DNA of 64,000 bases from Candidatus Poribacteria bacterium (GCA_965222225.1 CBDCTK010000002.1:992001-1056000), one strand, 5' to 3'. Counted from the stretch's first letter, positions 28,492 to 39,865 are shown. The notes: a model not told the origin generated them from the sequence alone. A program made the numbers and translations.

Positions 28492-30627
28492 ATGTTTAAT
28501 CTGCGTCCTAGTTCGGCCGTCCTGGCTGCCATCTATATCTTGACTCAATTATCGCTGGTTTTCCTAGACCGTGCGGTTGCGGAGGATGATTCTGATAGAA
28601 TTTATCAACTTGAAGAAACTCTTGTCACTGCGGAGCGGATGGAAAACCCGCTTTTTAAATCTACGGCTGCCGTGTCCGTGCGTACTTCCAGCGAAATGGA
28701 GTTGCTTCCACTCAAGAACCTCGCCGATGCGCTGGAAACCTTGCCAGGGATTTCTTTTGTGAATAGGGATGGGCTCGGACGCGATCCGTTGCCAACGCTG
28801 CGCGGTTTTTACGGTGGTGGCGAAGCCGAGTATCTGCTTATTATGATAGATGGAAGACCAATCAATGAGCTTGAGAAAGGGTTGATGAACTGGAATGCCG
28901 TTCCGCTTTCAAGTATTAGGTCAATTGAATTTCTGCGCGGAGGCGCGTCTTCGCTGTACGGGGATTCTGCGATCGGTGGGGTTGTCAACGTTGTCACCTC
29001 TGGCGAGCATACACCCTTGACTCAGCTTTCGACAGCTGGTGGAAACTTTGGATCGCTTGGTGTCCAGGCGCGAACAAGCGGTCTTTGGAACGGTGGTGAG
29101 TATGTGGCATTCGGGTCGGCGGAACGGAACACCGGGTTCCGAGAACATGCTGAACGCGCGGCCGAAAACTTTGGCGGCTCCTTCACGCTGTTTCAAACGC
29201 CTAACGGATCGCTTTCCGTTTCAACGACTCACCACTTCCAGCAATTTGATGAGCCTGGTCCGCTGACTGGCGCTGAATTAGATGAGTCCCGCTCGCAATC
29301 TTCGCCGTTCTACAAATTTGACCATACCACCGACAAAACGCATCGTGGGGGAATCGAAGGCAATTATAATCTTCATGAGACGGTTAAATTCTCGGGCACG
29401 GTTTCTGCCGAGATTCGCGATTCTAATGCGTTCAGGACACTTCAACTGAGCCCCGAATTTGCTGACACAAAAAATCGTTTACTTACCGCCTCACGCCTCA
29501 CGAGTTCGTTACAACTTACCTTCGACCAACTTGGACTTTCCGTCGAAAACCGTCTCAGTCTTGGCATTGACGCAGGGGTACACTCGCTCTCGTCCGAGTA
29601 TTACCAATTCCTTCTTGGTGGATTGGCTGACTATAGCAACATGGATTCCGTTACGCGGGGAGAGTTGGACGAAAAGGGACATAGCACTCGTCGCTCTGTC
29701 GCTGGGTTCCTTCAATACGAACTCGCACCGATTCAAAGACTGCGTATTATCTTGGGCGTACGTGCTGATATACTTCGAGATCGATTTACCCCCAAGTCAC
29801 CGAGTGGCGGGGAGAGGCAATCAACAATCCACTCGGAGTTCAGTCCAAAAGCGGGAGCGAATTATCGCTATCTCAAAACAGAGAGGCATATCGGAAACCT
29901 GTACACCAACATTTCCCGATCGTTCAAAGCCCCAACACTCGATCAACTCTATGACCAGCGCTCAATTATCTTTCAGATTCCACCGAATCCCCCATTTAAA
30001 GTCCTGCTTTCGAGCAGTGACCTGAATCCCCAGTTCGGGACATCATTTGAGGTGGGAGGTTACCATCGTGCGGTACTCCTCCCCAACCTACTGTTCGGCG
30101 AATTTTCGATCGCGGCATATACGATGGACATGAAGGACGAATTGGATTTTGACCTTCAGCAACTCAAGTACGTAAATATAGGCAAAAGCCGCCATCAGGG
30201 AGTTGAAACCGGTCTCAAGTTTACGATGAAGTCGAATCTGTATGTTTTCCTCAACTACACTCACCAATCCGCTAAATCTCGAACTAGCGAATATGCAGGC
30301 AAATTCCTGAAGGCAATCCCACGCGATGTCATCGTTAGCGGCGTCAATGCCGCACATCAGTCCGGGATCGGTGGGAGCATCGTCATCAAATCTGCAAACC
30401 GCATTTTTCTTGATGATGCCAATACGATGACGTTGCCTAACTATACCATTGTGAATTCTCGGCTAAAATATCAATTGGGTCTAGTTTCCGCTAAATTTGA
30501 CGTATTCAATATCTTCAATCAATCCTACAGTACAACGGGTTACCCCGATACCTCAGGGAGCGGGCAACTCTACTTCTACCCAGCCGCTGGACGACATATG
30601 CTTCTCAGCCTTAACCTTCAGCGGTAG
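28492..30627 (+). CDS. TonB-dependent outer-membrane receptor
   Basis: Signal peptide, TonB box ETLVTA, plug motif IEFLRGGASSLYGDSAIGGVVNVVT, NIFNQSY; SD AGGAGG. Confidence 0.93.
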   Translation: MFNLRPSSAVLAAIYILTQLSLVFLDRAVAEDDSDRIYQLEETLVTAERMENPLFKSTAAVSVRTSSEMELLPLKNLADALETLPGISFVNRDGLGRDPLPTLRGFYGGGEAEYLLIMIDGRPINELEKGLMNWNAVPLSSIRSIEFLRGGASSLYGDSAIGGVVNVVTSGEHTPLTQLSTAGGNFGSLGVQARTSGLWNGGEYVAFGSAERNTGFREHAERAAENFGGSFTLFQTPNGSLSVSTTHHFQQFDEPGPLTGAELDESRSQSSPFYKFDHTTDKTHRGGIEGNYNLHETVKFSGTVSAEIRDSNAFRTLQLSPEFADTKNRLLTASRLTSSLQLTFDQLGLSVENRLSLGIDAGVHSLSSEYYQFLLGGLADYSNMDSVTRGELDEKGHSTRRSVAGFLQYELAPIQRLRIILGVRADILRDRFTPKSPSGGERQSTIHSEFSPKAGANYRYLKTERHIGNLYTNISRSFKAPTLDQLYDQRSIIFQIPPNPPFKVLLSSSDLNPQFGTSFEVGGYHRAVLLPNLLFGEFSIAAYTMDMKDELDFDLQQLKYVNIGKSRHQGVETGLKFTMKSNLYVFLNYTHQSAKSRTSEYAGKFLKAIPRDVIVSGVNAAHQSGIGGSIVIKSANRIFLDDANTMTLPNYTIVNSRLKYQLGLVSAKFDVFNIFNQSYSTTGYPDTSGSGQLYFYPAAGRHMLLSLNLQR

Positions 30628-31057
30628 AAAAACACATCTAATTCAAGAGGTCCGTACAATTGGTGTGAAGTGATGTGTCGCTTTTCGATTTCCCCGCCCA
30701 TGTATTTCCCTGATAGAGAGGGTGCCGTCCGCAGAGCAAATGTTTCAGGCATTGAGTTGACTCCCCCATCAAGCTATTGTACTATCAACGCTCGTCCGGA
30801 TAATAGATGTAATCACCTGCTAAATCCCACTGTTCCATCTGCTATGCGGTCTTTTGACAAGAGTTAGAATGAGGGTGGGTTCTTGAGACACTTTCAACTC
30901 TGATAGACATGTCAAATTGTAGATGGATCTACCCAAGGCTATAATCGACGTTTCCATTATGTTACACCTTATGATAAAATATCTTAAGTGCGCTTCCCCT
31001 TGAAAATCGATCGGTTTTCAGCCGTAGTTGGTGTATTCAATATGAAGAGGGATTCTC

Positions 31058-34000
31058 ATGAACCACCATCTGCATCCAAGAGATTTAATCTTAATACGAG
31101 GGTTGTCCGAGGACAAAGCCCACAGGATTCTTAATAGGTACGGTTTTCAAGATTGCGACCGGGCGTATCGTAATCTTCAAAATCTGGCGGGAGAGCCACC
31201 CTTGCAGGAGGCGTTTGCGGAAATCATAGAACTCACATTGAGGACGTTCGCGGATTCTGCGGATCCGGATGCGGCATTGAACAACTTCGATCGATTTGCA
31301 GGCGAAATTCCCAATCGTACCTGGTTGTATCATCTCCTACATGATGCACCCTTTCTTCTTCGCATACTTGCCGTCTGCTTCGGGTCTAGCACTTATCTTT
31401 CGGATATCTTAGTACGCAACCCGGAACATTTCAATGAACTGATTGATGCAGGAGTGATGAATACTCCAAAGAATCGCGAAATTATGTATGCCGAACTCTC
31501 CCAATCCGTGAACCTCTTCCGTTCGATTGAACAGAAGTTGAGCATGATTCGTCGGTACAAACGAAAGGAAAGTTTGCGCATTGGTGTGCGAGACCTCCTT
31601 GAAGATGCAAATCTAGAAACTACTACCCTAGAGCTAACGCACCTTGCGGAAGCCACTTTACAAATCTGTTATGAAATAGGTGTGGCGGAACTCACCCCAA
31701 AACTTGGAATTCCATTGGCGGAAGATAAGAAGACATTAAGCAATTTCGCCATCATTGGAATGGGGAAATTTGGTGGTTGTGAATTGAATTTTAGTTCTGA
31801 CATTGATGTGATGTTTGTCTACTCCGATGAAGGACAAACCGAGAAGGATGTCGAGAACAGCGAATACTTTGGAAAATTGTGTGAGTTCATCATTAAAGCA
31901 ATGAGTGAGGTGACGGCAAGCGGTTATGTTTTCCGAGTTGATGTGCGCTTACGACCGGAGAGCAGTGTAGGCACCATCGTACGCTCAATAGAGGGATACG
32001 AGGCATATTATGAGGGCTGGGGAGAAATTTGGGAACGCCAGGCACTGATTAAAGCTCGTCCTGTTGCCGGCGATATAGAATTGGGTAGGCAATTTATCCA
32101 GACTATTCAGCCGTTTGTATATCAGCGATATCTTGATGGTTTGTCAATCTCTGAGATCAAAACGGACATCTGGCACACAAAGGCACGAATCGAACGTCGA
32201 ATCATCGCTGAAAACGAAAACCCACAGACTCACACAAAGTTGGGAATCGGGGGCATCCGCGACATTGAGTTTGTTATCCAATACCTTCAACTTATTCATG
32301 GCGGACCAATAGCAATGCTGCGGAATCGCAACTCGCTGGAAACACTCAATCTGCTTCGCGAGCATGAATTGCTGGGTCGAGAAGACTGGAAGACGCTTTC
32401 GGAAGCTTATCGGTTCCTGCGAACAGTTGAACACCGCATTCAGATTGAAGCGGATCAACAGCGGTATAGCCTGCCTTCAAAACAAGAGGACCTGATTAAA
32501 CTTGCCAGGAGCACCGCTTATCGCGATAGCGACAATGAATCCGCCTTAGGTGCGTTCCACAGAGATTATAAAATATACACGCATGCAGTTCGCGAAGTTT
32601 TTGACAAAATCTTCGCAATTTCTGAGGCGGATGAGGACATTGACATCTCACTGTTGCTTTCAACAAAAGACTTGACAATGATTAAGCGAATACTGGAACC
32701 TTTCGGTTTCGAGAACCCACGTGAAGCGCAGTGGCGGATAAAGCTGATGGCCGAAGGGCCGGAAGGGTCACGTTTCTCCCCGGGGGTACGTACGAAACTC
32801 ATTGAGATTGCGCCGACTCTGCTAAGTTGCTTGCGCCATACGCCTGACCCCGACATGGCACTAAGTTACATTGAAGCGTTTACAGACCGGGTAGGGGCAC
32901 GTGTCTCATACTACACAATGTTTCAGCAAAACCCATCTATTCTTGATATGTTGGCTCGATTGTGCGGAACTAGTTTGTTTCTCTCGGAGCTGCTGATAGT
33001 CCATCCGGAATCCTTTGATGTATTGACGGCACCAGCCGTAATGGAGCATCCTAGAACGCTAGTAGAAAAGCTGGACAGCGCGCTCCAAATCATTGCTAAT
33101 GCACCTGAAGTTCACGTTTTCAACGCGCTAAGGCAATTCAAGAATAGCGAAGTCCTGCGAATTGGACTGAGAAGCATTTTGAAACGTGCAGATTTATGGA
33201 CGACTACGGCGGAACTTTCCGACTTGGCGGAGACTACATTAAAGGCAATATATCCTCACATTAGTGGACAATTTAAGCAACAAAATGGAATCCCTCTGAC
33301 AAACGATGGTGTAGAAGCTACATTCTCAATAATCGGCATGGGAAAACTCGGCGGGCGAGAATTGAACTTCAGCTCAGACTTAGATGTAATGATGGTCTAT
33401 TCCGGACAAGGTGAGTCAACAAAAGGCTTGTCCAACGCGGAGTATTTCGCGAAGCTCGGCTTAGAATTGATTAACCGATTTAAGGACACGGGGAGTGGAA
33501 CAATTTATGAACTTGATTTGCGATTACGTCCTTACGGTACGGGGGGCGCACTTGCCCTGCCACTAGACGGGTATAAGAGTTACTACGAAGAACATGCCGA
33601 GACCTGGGAACGTCAAGCATTAATTCGTGCGCGTCCTGTTGCTGGCGATGAGTGCCTTGGCAGACGATTTCTAGAGGTTGCACACACTTTTGCCTACCGT
33701 CAACCTTTGACTCAAGACGAAGTAGCTGAAATCATCCATACTCGACAACGCAAAGAAACCCAAGCAACGCGCCTTGTAACAACTAAACGCCGTCGACGTC
33801 GAAAAAAGACACAAGATGTAAAATCAGGATACGGCGGGTTAGTGGACATTGAATTCGCTGTTCAGACACTTCAATTGATTTACGGCACACAATATCCAAT
33901 GGTCCGAGCGCAGAACACGCTTGATGCAATTGCGCAATTGAGTGAGATTGACGCCATAACGACTTCCGATAAAGAACACCTCGTTAGAGATTATGAATTC

Positions 34001-34204
34001 CTGCGGCGCGTCGAGAATAGCTTACGTATTGTTCACGACCGGCCGCTAGATGCATTGCCGGATCAAACTGCAGAGTTGGATAAACTCGCTAAACGTGCCG
34101 GCTATCTCGATCAGGGGCAGTCTGCCACAGAGCAATTCCTAAAAGACTATCAAGAGTTTACGGAAGACACGAGAAAGCTCTTTTATCAATTGCTCAACTC
34201 GTAA
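31058..34204 (+). CDS. glnE: Bifunctional glutamine synthetase adenylyltransferase/adenylyl-removing enzyme
   Basis: Two IGMGK.GG.ELNFSSD.D repeats, RVDVRLRP / DLRLRP, WERQALI.AR, GG..DIEF. Confidence 0.96.
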   Translation: MNHHLHPRDLILIRGLSEDKAHRILNRYGFQDCDRAYRNLQNLAGEPPLQEAFAEIIELTLRTFADSADPDAALNNFDRFAGEIPNRTWLYHLLHDAPFLLRILAVCFGSSTYLSDILVRNPEHFNELIDAGVMNTPKNREIMYAELSQSVNLFRSIEQKLSMIRRYKRKESLRIGVRDLLEDANLETTTLELTHLAEATLQICYEIGVAELTPKLGIPLAEDKKTLSNFAIIGMGKFGGCELNFSSDIDVMFVYSDEGQTEKDVENSEYFGKLCEFIIKAMSEVTASGYVFRVDVRLRPESSVGTIVRSIEGYEAYYEGWGEIWERQALIKARPVAGDIELGRQFIQTIQPFVYQRYLDGLSISEIKTDIWHTKARIERRIIAENENPQTHTKLGIGGIRDIEFVIQYLQLIHGGPIAMLRNRNSLETLNLLREHELLGREDWKTLSEAYRFLRTVEHRIQIEADQQRYSLPSKQEDLIKLARSTAYRDSDNESALGAFHRDYKIYTHAVREVFDKIFAISEADEDIDISLLLSTKDLTMIKRILEPFGFENPREAQWRIKLMAEGPEGSRFSPGVRTKLIEIAPTLLSCLRHTPDPDMALSYIEAFTDRVGARVSYYTMFQQNPSILDMLARLCGTSLFLSELLIVHPESFDVLTAPAVMEHPRTLVEKLDSALQIIANAPEVHVFNALRQFKNSEVLRIGLRSILKRADLWTTTAELSDLAETTLKAIYPHISGQFKQQNGIPLTNDGVEATFSIIGMGKLGGRELNFSSDLDVMMVYSGQGESTKGLSNAEYFAKLGLELINRFKDTGSGTIYELDLRLRPYGTGGALALPLDGYKSYYEEHAETWERQALIRARPVAGDECLGRRFLEVAHTFAYRQPLTQDEVAEIIHTRQRKETQATRLVTTKRRRRRKKTQDVKSGYGGLVDIEFAVQTLQLIYGTQYPMVRAQNTLDAIAQLSEIDAITTSDKEHLVRDYEFLRRVENSLRIVHDRPLDALPDQTAELDKLAKRAGYLDQGQSATEQFLKDYQEFTEDTRKLFYQLLNS

Positions 34205-34311
34205 ATATCCAAGCATCATTCACTCGGCATTTCGCATATAAATTCTGATTGAGTAAACTATAATCTATACCATCTCAGTTTTCGATTTACCAGCAAGAAA
34301 GGAGACCACGT

Positions 34312-35718
34312 ATGGCAGATAAACCATACCAGTTCAGTGATGAAGACATGAGACACTTCATCGTCAACGGATATGTTACGGTAAAACCGGATTTCCCCCG
34401 AAGTTTCCATGAGCGGATTTACCAACAGACCAAGGAAATATTCGAATCGGACGGGAATCCGGGCAATAATCTTCTCCCTCGGATTCCAGAGATTCAGGAA
34501 GTGTTCGATCACGCCGTTATACGTAGTGCCTTGTCCAGCCTCTTGGGTCCAGATTATATCATGCACTCTCATCGTCATCCGCATTACAACCTACCGGGCA
34601 GTGCCGGTCAAGATTTTCACAAAGACAGCTACTGGGCTTATAGCAAAGTGCGCCACCATTGCCCTCACTGGGTATTAGCGTTCTACTACCCACAAGACGT
34701 TGTCGAGGCGATTGGCCCCTCGGCGGTATTGCCTGGCACACAGTATTACAACACGCAACTTCACGAAGATGGGGATGAGGGTACTCCACTATTTGGCGAG
34801 GCAGGTACAGTTACGCTCCTTCACTTTGATTTGCGGCACCGCGCAATGGCAAATCAAACACAGAAACATCGCTTCATGATGAAATTTGAGTTTGTGCGGA
34901 TGAAACCACCTGCAATTGCCCCATGGCAATCTAAAACCCCGACATGGCAGCCTATTGGTTGGGAACTACCCCTAGGAAATCACGAAACCATGTGGCGACA
35001 TATTTGGGACTGGCTCCATGGAAAGAATACTTCAACGAACAGCGATAGTTCTTCAATGAATTGCGATATTTCCGCACTATCAAACCAGTTACATGATTGC
35101 TCCGAGGTTGCAAGTCTTGATGCAGCTTATGCCCTCGGAGCAGTTGGTGACGTTAGTGACTCAGTAGTCCCAACACTAATTGATGGGTTAAGAAATGATA
35201 CCGAAATAATCAGCCGCTCTGCCGCGTACGGCTTAGGGGCCGTCGGAAAGGCAGCAGTGCCGGCGCTGATCGACGCACTAAGTCATCCTTCCGAGTCGGT
35301 GCATCTGAACGCCGTGTACGCACTCGCTCAGATGGATGTCTCTGCACGCGAAGCCGTCCCGGCACTCTCAATAGCTTTACGCGACTCATGCGTCCAAGTA
35401 CGTCGTCACACCGCCGAAACTCTCGGCACAATTGGTGAATCCGCTCAAGACGCTGTACCCGCGTTGATAGACGCGCTGCACGATAGCGATGACCATGTTC
35501 GTTTCGATACGGCACTCGCACTGGCGCAAATCGGGAAACCTGCCAGTGTCGCGGTACCGGCACTGGTAAATGCACTAAAAGATGAAAATCGGTATGTACG
35601 TTTCAATGCGTCAGTTGCACTTGAGTGGATTGGCACGTCCGAAGCAATAGATGCGTTACTCCGATTTCTGTCCATTTTCCGGTGGTGCCATACGACCACA
35701 AGCACAAGCACATTTTAA
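34312..35718 (+). CDS. PhyH-family dioxygenase fused to C-terminal HEAT repeats
   Basis: FHKD and HFDLRHRA, followed by about six AVPALI.AL.D....VR..A..AL..IG repeats. Confidence 0.88.
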   Translation: MADKPYQFSDEDMRHFIVNGYVTVKPDFPRSFHERIYQQTKEIFESDGNPGNNLLPRIPEIQEVFDHAVIRSALSSLLGPDYIMHSHRHPHYNLPGSAGQDFHKDSYWAYSKVRHHCPHWVLAFYYPQDVVEAIGPSAVLPGTQYYNTQLHEDGDEGTPLFGEAGTVTLLHFDLRHRAMANQTQKHRFMMKFEFVRMKPPAIAPWQSKTPTWQPIGWELPLGNHETMWRHIWDWLHGKNTSTNSDSSSMNCDISALSNQLHDCSEVASLDAAYALGAVGDVSDSVVPTLIDGLRNDTEIISRSAAYGLGAVGKAAVPALIDALSHPSESVHLNAVYALAQMDVSAREAVPALSIALRDSCVQVRRHTAETLGTIGESAQDAVPALIDALHDSDDHVRFDTALALAQIGKPASVAVPALVNALKDENRYVRFNASVALEWIGTSEAIDALLRFLSIFRWCHTTTSTSTF

Positions 35719-35770
35719 CCTGTGCCTATTACGAATCTCACAATGAAGCTCTCGTCGGGAGAGTAATGAA

Positions 35771-36550
35771 ATGATGACAAAACGGATCATCCCTTGCCTT
35801 GATGTTCGTGCCGGCAAAGTTACAAAGGGAGTCGCTTTCGAGGGTAATGTTGATGTCGGTGACCCGGTAGAAATGGCAAGGTTTTACTACGAAAGCGGGG
35901 TGGATGAGCTCGTTTTCTACGATATAACTGCAAGCAATGAAAAACGAAGCATCATGATTGACGTTGTCTCTGCGGTTGCGGCAGAAATTTTTATTCCGTT
36001 TTCGGTTGGTGGCGGGTTGAGAGACCTTGAGGACATGCGACGGGTGCTCTTGGCTGGTGCCGAGAAGGTGAGCATCGACTCGGGGGCCGTGAGAAATCCG
36101 CAGCTTATCAGGCAGGGCGCAAAGGCGTTTGGCAGCCAGTGCGTGGTTCTGAGTATGCAAGTAAAACGCGTACCGAAAAGCGATCGGATTCCAAGTGGTT
36201 TTGAGATTTACATTGACGGCGGCCGCCGCCCGATGGGATTAGATGCGATTCAGTGGGCAGAACGCGGTGTGGAGCTAGGCGCAGGTGAAATCGTAGTCAA
36301 TAGCATCGATCAGGACGGCACAAAAGCCGGATACGATCTTGAACTGACCGCAGCCATAGCAACTTTGGCGCCGGTACCGGTCATAGCGTCGGGAGGTGCG
36401 GGCAAACCGAAACATCTCCGCGATGTCTTTGTCGAAAGCAACGCAGATGCTGCAATCGTCGCATCAATCACACACTACGGAGAGTTCACAATAGAGAACA
36501 TCAAGCAGTACCTTCATGCGGAAGGGGTTGCGGTTCGTAATACGTGGTGA
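35771..36550 (+). CDS. hisF: Imidazole glycerol phosphate synthase cyclase subunit
   Basis: [44 protein letters not shown]. Confidence 0.97.
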   Translation: MMTKRIIPCLDVRAGKVTKGVAFEGNVDVGDPVEMARFYYESGVDELVFYDITASNEKRSIMIDVVSAVAAEIFIPFSVGGGLRDLEDMRRVLLAGAEKVSIDSGAVRNPQLIRQGAKAFGSQCVVLSMQVKRVPKSDRIPSGFEIYIDGGRRPMGLDAIQWAERGVELGAGEIVVNSIDQDGTKAGYDLELTAAIATLAPVPVIASGGAGKPKHLRDVFVESNADAAIVASITHYGEFTIENIKQYLHAEGVAVRNTW

Positions 36551-36845
36551 GAATAGTCATGTTAATCGGCATTTGCTCGATGAACACGAAGAGAGAGAAG
36601 AGAGAGTTTAGCGTCATTTGCCGATTTTGTCCACAGCATCCTTAGTTCGGGAGTTTCCTGATTTTTCTAAACACAGAGCTTTGTATTTACGTTCGCAATT
36701 TGGACTACCTAACTCATGGTGTTTCTTGTATTCGGTTGCTTCAGAAATAGAACTAAGGATTGTCATTGTTGCATCGCAAAGTGATTTGCACTGCCTGAAT
36801 CCAACGAGTCGGTACACGAGTGAATGCCTGCGGACACTTTAGCGA

Positions 36846-37418
36846 TTACCGCACCGCTAAACTAACTACATGTGTTCCGCTTTGCTTGAGCTTTCGGTAA
36901 TTCCCGAAGACTTCTTTGAAGTTCCGTTTGATGAATTCCCGGAGCCCGCGGATTGTAACGACATAGAGCTTACCGGTCGGTTTAAGGTAATTCCGGGCTT
37001 CCAGCAGAATAATGCGCAGAAGTTCCTTTCCCGCATTTGCAGGCAAGTTTGATGCGATGACATCAAACTTGATATCGGGTAGATGGCTGAAGGTATTGCT
37101 CACTATCGCCTCACAATTTTGTACTCTGTTCCGTTTGGCATTCTTAATGGCGTGCTCAACTGCTACAAAATCCTTATCGACCAAGTAAACTTTGCCATTG
37201 CCCGATAGTTTTGCCATCACCAAACCAATCGCACCGTATCCACAACCGAGATCGAGACATGTATCCCCTGCGTTAACGTCAAGATAATCTATGAGTAAGC
37301 GCGTTCCCGGGTCAATTGATCTGGGAGAAAAAAGTCCCCATGTAGAAGAAAAGGCACAGTCGAATCCGCGCAGTTTGGCATCAAACACAATGTGACGTTT
37401 GAGCGCATCTAAATCCAT
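36846..37418 (-). CDS. Class I SAM methyltransferase (RsmC/MTS-like)
   Basis: GLFS...ID.GTRLL, LDLGCGYGAIG, SNLP. Confidence 0.88.
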   Translation of the reverse strand: MDLDALKRHIVFDAKLRGFDCAFSSTWGLFSPRSIDPGTRLLIDYLDVNAGDTCLDLGCGYGAIGLVMAKLSGNGKVYLVDKDFVAVEHAIKNAKRNRVQNCEAIVSNTFSHLPDIKFDVIASNLPANAGKELLRIILLEARNYLKPTGKLYVVTIRGLREFIKRNFKEVFGNYRKLKQSGTHVVSLAVR

Positions 37419-37419
37419 G

Positions 37420-38928
37420 TCATTTCAGGCGTTGGGTTAGTTCGTTGCGGGTAACTGGTTGGTCAAGAGACATTAAGTAAATCTGGAAGTTGTCACTACG
37501 ATCTGATACAAAGGCAAGTGTGCGTCCGTCAGGTGAGAACGCAGGTTGCATAGATACACCAACCCCGTTGGTTAAGCGTCGTTCGTTTGTACCATCCGCA
37601 CCCATCATATAGATTTCGATGTCACCCTCGCGTGCCGAAACGAAGGCAATTGACTTACCATCAAGGGAAACGACGGGACTATAGCAGTCGTATCGGCTCG
37701 GGTTAAGATGTTTCTCTGCTCCACCGTTAATGCTTATGGCGTAGAGTTGGTGAATCTTCTCTCGTGCCGATACAAACACTATTCGCCTTCCTTCAGGAAA
37801 GAAGCATGGACTACCATCGTCTACTTCATTGTGTGTGATCCTTTTGAACTGAATCGTATTACTGTCAATATCTTGGAGGCTTAATCCTCCGATATCTAGC
37901 AGGTACAATTCTAGGTTGGCGTCAGTGTTAGATTCATAAACTATACGGTGTCCATCTGGCGCAACACGTGGCGCTCTAACACCAAATCCCATCGGCAAAA
38001 CTTCGCGTGTTTCTTTGCTGTGAATATGCGTGACCTTAAATCCGGCGTATATCGGTGTAGACCCACTGCTTTGTAGAACTATCTTAACTTCACGTGAATC
38101 CTTCGGCTCGCAGCTATAGAAGAGATAGTTCGGATTACTAAGGAATGCCGGTGAAGTTTCATTAAGATCGGTTGTGAAGGTGACACGTTGATGTATGCGT
38201 CCGTTAAGGTCCATCACGTAAATTTCGCCATTGTCTAGACGAAAAGAGGAGAACGCGATTCTCGTCCCATCAGGCGAGAAGATTGGAGAGTAATTGTCGG
38301 CTTCCCCCTCCGTGAGTTGCATGACTTGATATGTGTCGCCAACAATGCCGGCAACGTCACGAAGCATGGCTTCATTAGAAGTGATGCTAACGATCGCGCG
38401 AAGTTCGTTATGAGCATCTTGTCGATTGCCTAATTTCATGTAGATTGTTGAAAGCTTTAGCCGTGCTTCGGCTTCTGCCTCGGGCTGATCGATGTAAAGA
38501 TGCTTCGCTTTCTTGAGTTGGAAAATGGCGTCTTGAAAGCGTCCCAATCTATCATAAGCTTGGCCAAGTAGCACTCTAGCTTTGGCGTTTCGATCGTCTG
38601 CCTCTACAATTTTCTCAAGCAGATTTACAGCCTCTAGATCCATGTCTGACTGAAGTAATTCTTCGCTTTGCTGTAAAGAGGGTTCCTCTACGTGCTGGCA
38701 ATTGAGTGCACTGCTGATGAGGGCAAGACAAAGAATAGTTGCAATTTTTTGAGAAGATTGCGATGCGATTCGCGCCAGGCATTGAACGAAAATCAACACA
38801 TGACGATGAAGGCGTGTAGAGACAGAAGTGCGCTGTAAGCTTTCATTGCCGTCAACTTCGGATGCGCTATGCACATTCGAAAGGCTTTCCTCTTGGTGTT
38901 TCCGAACTGGCATTTGTGTTTCCCTCAA
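37420..38928 (-). CDS. TPR plus TolB-like (PD40) beta-propeller protein; start uncertain
   Basis: TPR helices (LLGQAYDRLGRFQDAI), then repeated P.FSPDG..IAF.S.R.G..EIY.M...G. Confidence 0.85.
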   Translation of the reverse strand: MRETQMPVRKHQEESLSNVHSASEVDGNESLQRTSVSTRLHRHVLIFVQCLARIASQSSQKIATILCLALISSALNCQHVEEPSLQQSEELLQSDMDLEAVNLLEKIVEADDRNAKARVLLGQAYDRLGRFQDAIFQLKKAKHLYIDQPEAEAEARLKLSTIYMKLGNRQDAHNELRAIVSITSNEAMLRDVAGIVGDTYQVMQLTEGEADNYSPIFSPDGTRIAFSSFRLDNGEIYVMDLNGRIHQRVTFTTDLNETSPAFLSNPNYLFYSCEPKDSREVKIVLQSSGSTPIYAGFKVTHIHSKETREVLPMGFGVRAPRVAPDGHRIVYESNTDANLELYLLDIGGLSLQDIDSNTIQFKRITHNEVDDGSPCFFPEGRRIVFVSAREKIHQLYAISINGGAEKHLNPSRYDCYSPVVSLDGKSIAFVSAREGDIEIYMMGADGTNERRLTNGVGVSMQPAFSPDGRTLAFVSDRSDNFQIYLMSLDQPVTRNELTQRLK

Positions 38929-38960
38929 GGACTGTAGCTTGCTCCGCTCTTGACGTCGGT

Positions 38961-39467
38961 TTATTTTCCTGTTTCTTCAACTTCCTCTCGTTCCTTCACC
39001 TCCCTCAGCCGCCTTCTGAATGCTCGTTTGTTGAAACCTTTTTCGCCGCGCCACCCGTCGCAAATGGCGTACAGCCAAAAGAACAGTCCCTGGACAAGGC
39101 CGCTCAATTTCAGCTTCCACGAAGGGCGGTACATCAACTTTTTGCCATTCTCAAACGTCCATAAATGGTATCCCAGTCTCTCTTCTTTTTCTTTCACCAT
39201 ATTCGGAGATTCCGATGACTGGTCAGAGTTTGTGTTGTCAAATCGCCGCTCTTCCCACCAGTCGGTGAAGTCATCGAAACGAGCAAGGTCCTCCCAACCA
39301 TCAACAGGCAATGAATTAAGATAGACTAGAATTCCCCCGAGGGCAACACCTAAAAAAAGAATGAAGCCTTTCAGCCGTTTGCGCAGGTAAATTTGTCCAA
39401 GACCCGGAAGAATCAGTGACAAAAGCATAGCAACGTAGGACGGTTTTCCGCTTCCTACTTGTACCAT
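38961..39467 (-). CDS. Hypothetical membrane protein with LSLILPGLGQIY motif
   Basis: AMLLSLILPGLGQIYL and a terminal WLYAICD helix. Confidence 0.7.
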   Translation of the reverse strand: MVQVGSGKPSYVAMLLSLILPGLGQIYLRKRLKGFILFLGVALGGILVYLNSLPVDGWEDLARFDDFTDWWEERRFDNTNSDQSSESPNMVKEKEERLGYHLWTFENGKKLMYRPSWKLKLSGLVQGLFFWLYAICDGWRGEKGFNKRAFRRRLREVKEREEVEETGK

Positions 39468-39481
39468 CTTGAACCTCTTGA

Positions 39482-39865
39482 TTAATCGCTAGCACTTGCG
39501 ACGAGATAAACCCCTATACAAATCACCACCGCGCCTAGAACTCTGATTCTTGGAATTGATTCTTTGAAGAATATCCATGAAAAAAGTATTGACAATAAAT
39601 AGCCGAGACTAATTATCGGGTATGCGACACTTAATTTGACTCTCGAAAGAATAACGAGCCAAATCATCGTTGTGAATCCGTAGGTTGCGATACCACCAAT
39701 AACGAACGGGTTCATAAATGCTTGAATGAGTTTGTGTATTACTCGACTTACACCCTCCACGCGTCCTACTTGGAGCATCCCTTGCTTGAGCAAAAGTTGC
39801 CCTGTCACGGTAAATAACACGTTACAGATTAAAAGCAGGAAATCTTTGAGTGTGATTTCTTTCAT
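39482..39865 (-). CDS. EamA/ArnE-ArnF-like small DMT transporter
   Basis: GQLLLK.G, LSVAYP..SLGY, FFKE, four hydrophobic helices. Confidence 0.85.
   Translation of the reverse strand: MKEITLKDFLLLICNVLFTVTGQLLLKQGMLQVGRVEGVSRVIHKLIQAFMNPFVIGGIATYGFTTMIWLVILSRVKLSVAYPIISLGYLLSILFSWIFFKESIPRIRVLGAVVICIGVYLVASASD

Noticed and set aside
36589-36606. AG-rich run GAGAGAGAAGAGAGAG
   Set aside because: Short low-complexity intergenic tract with no structure.
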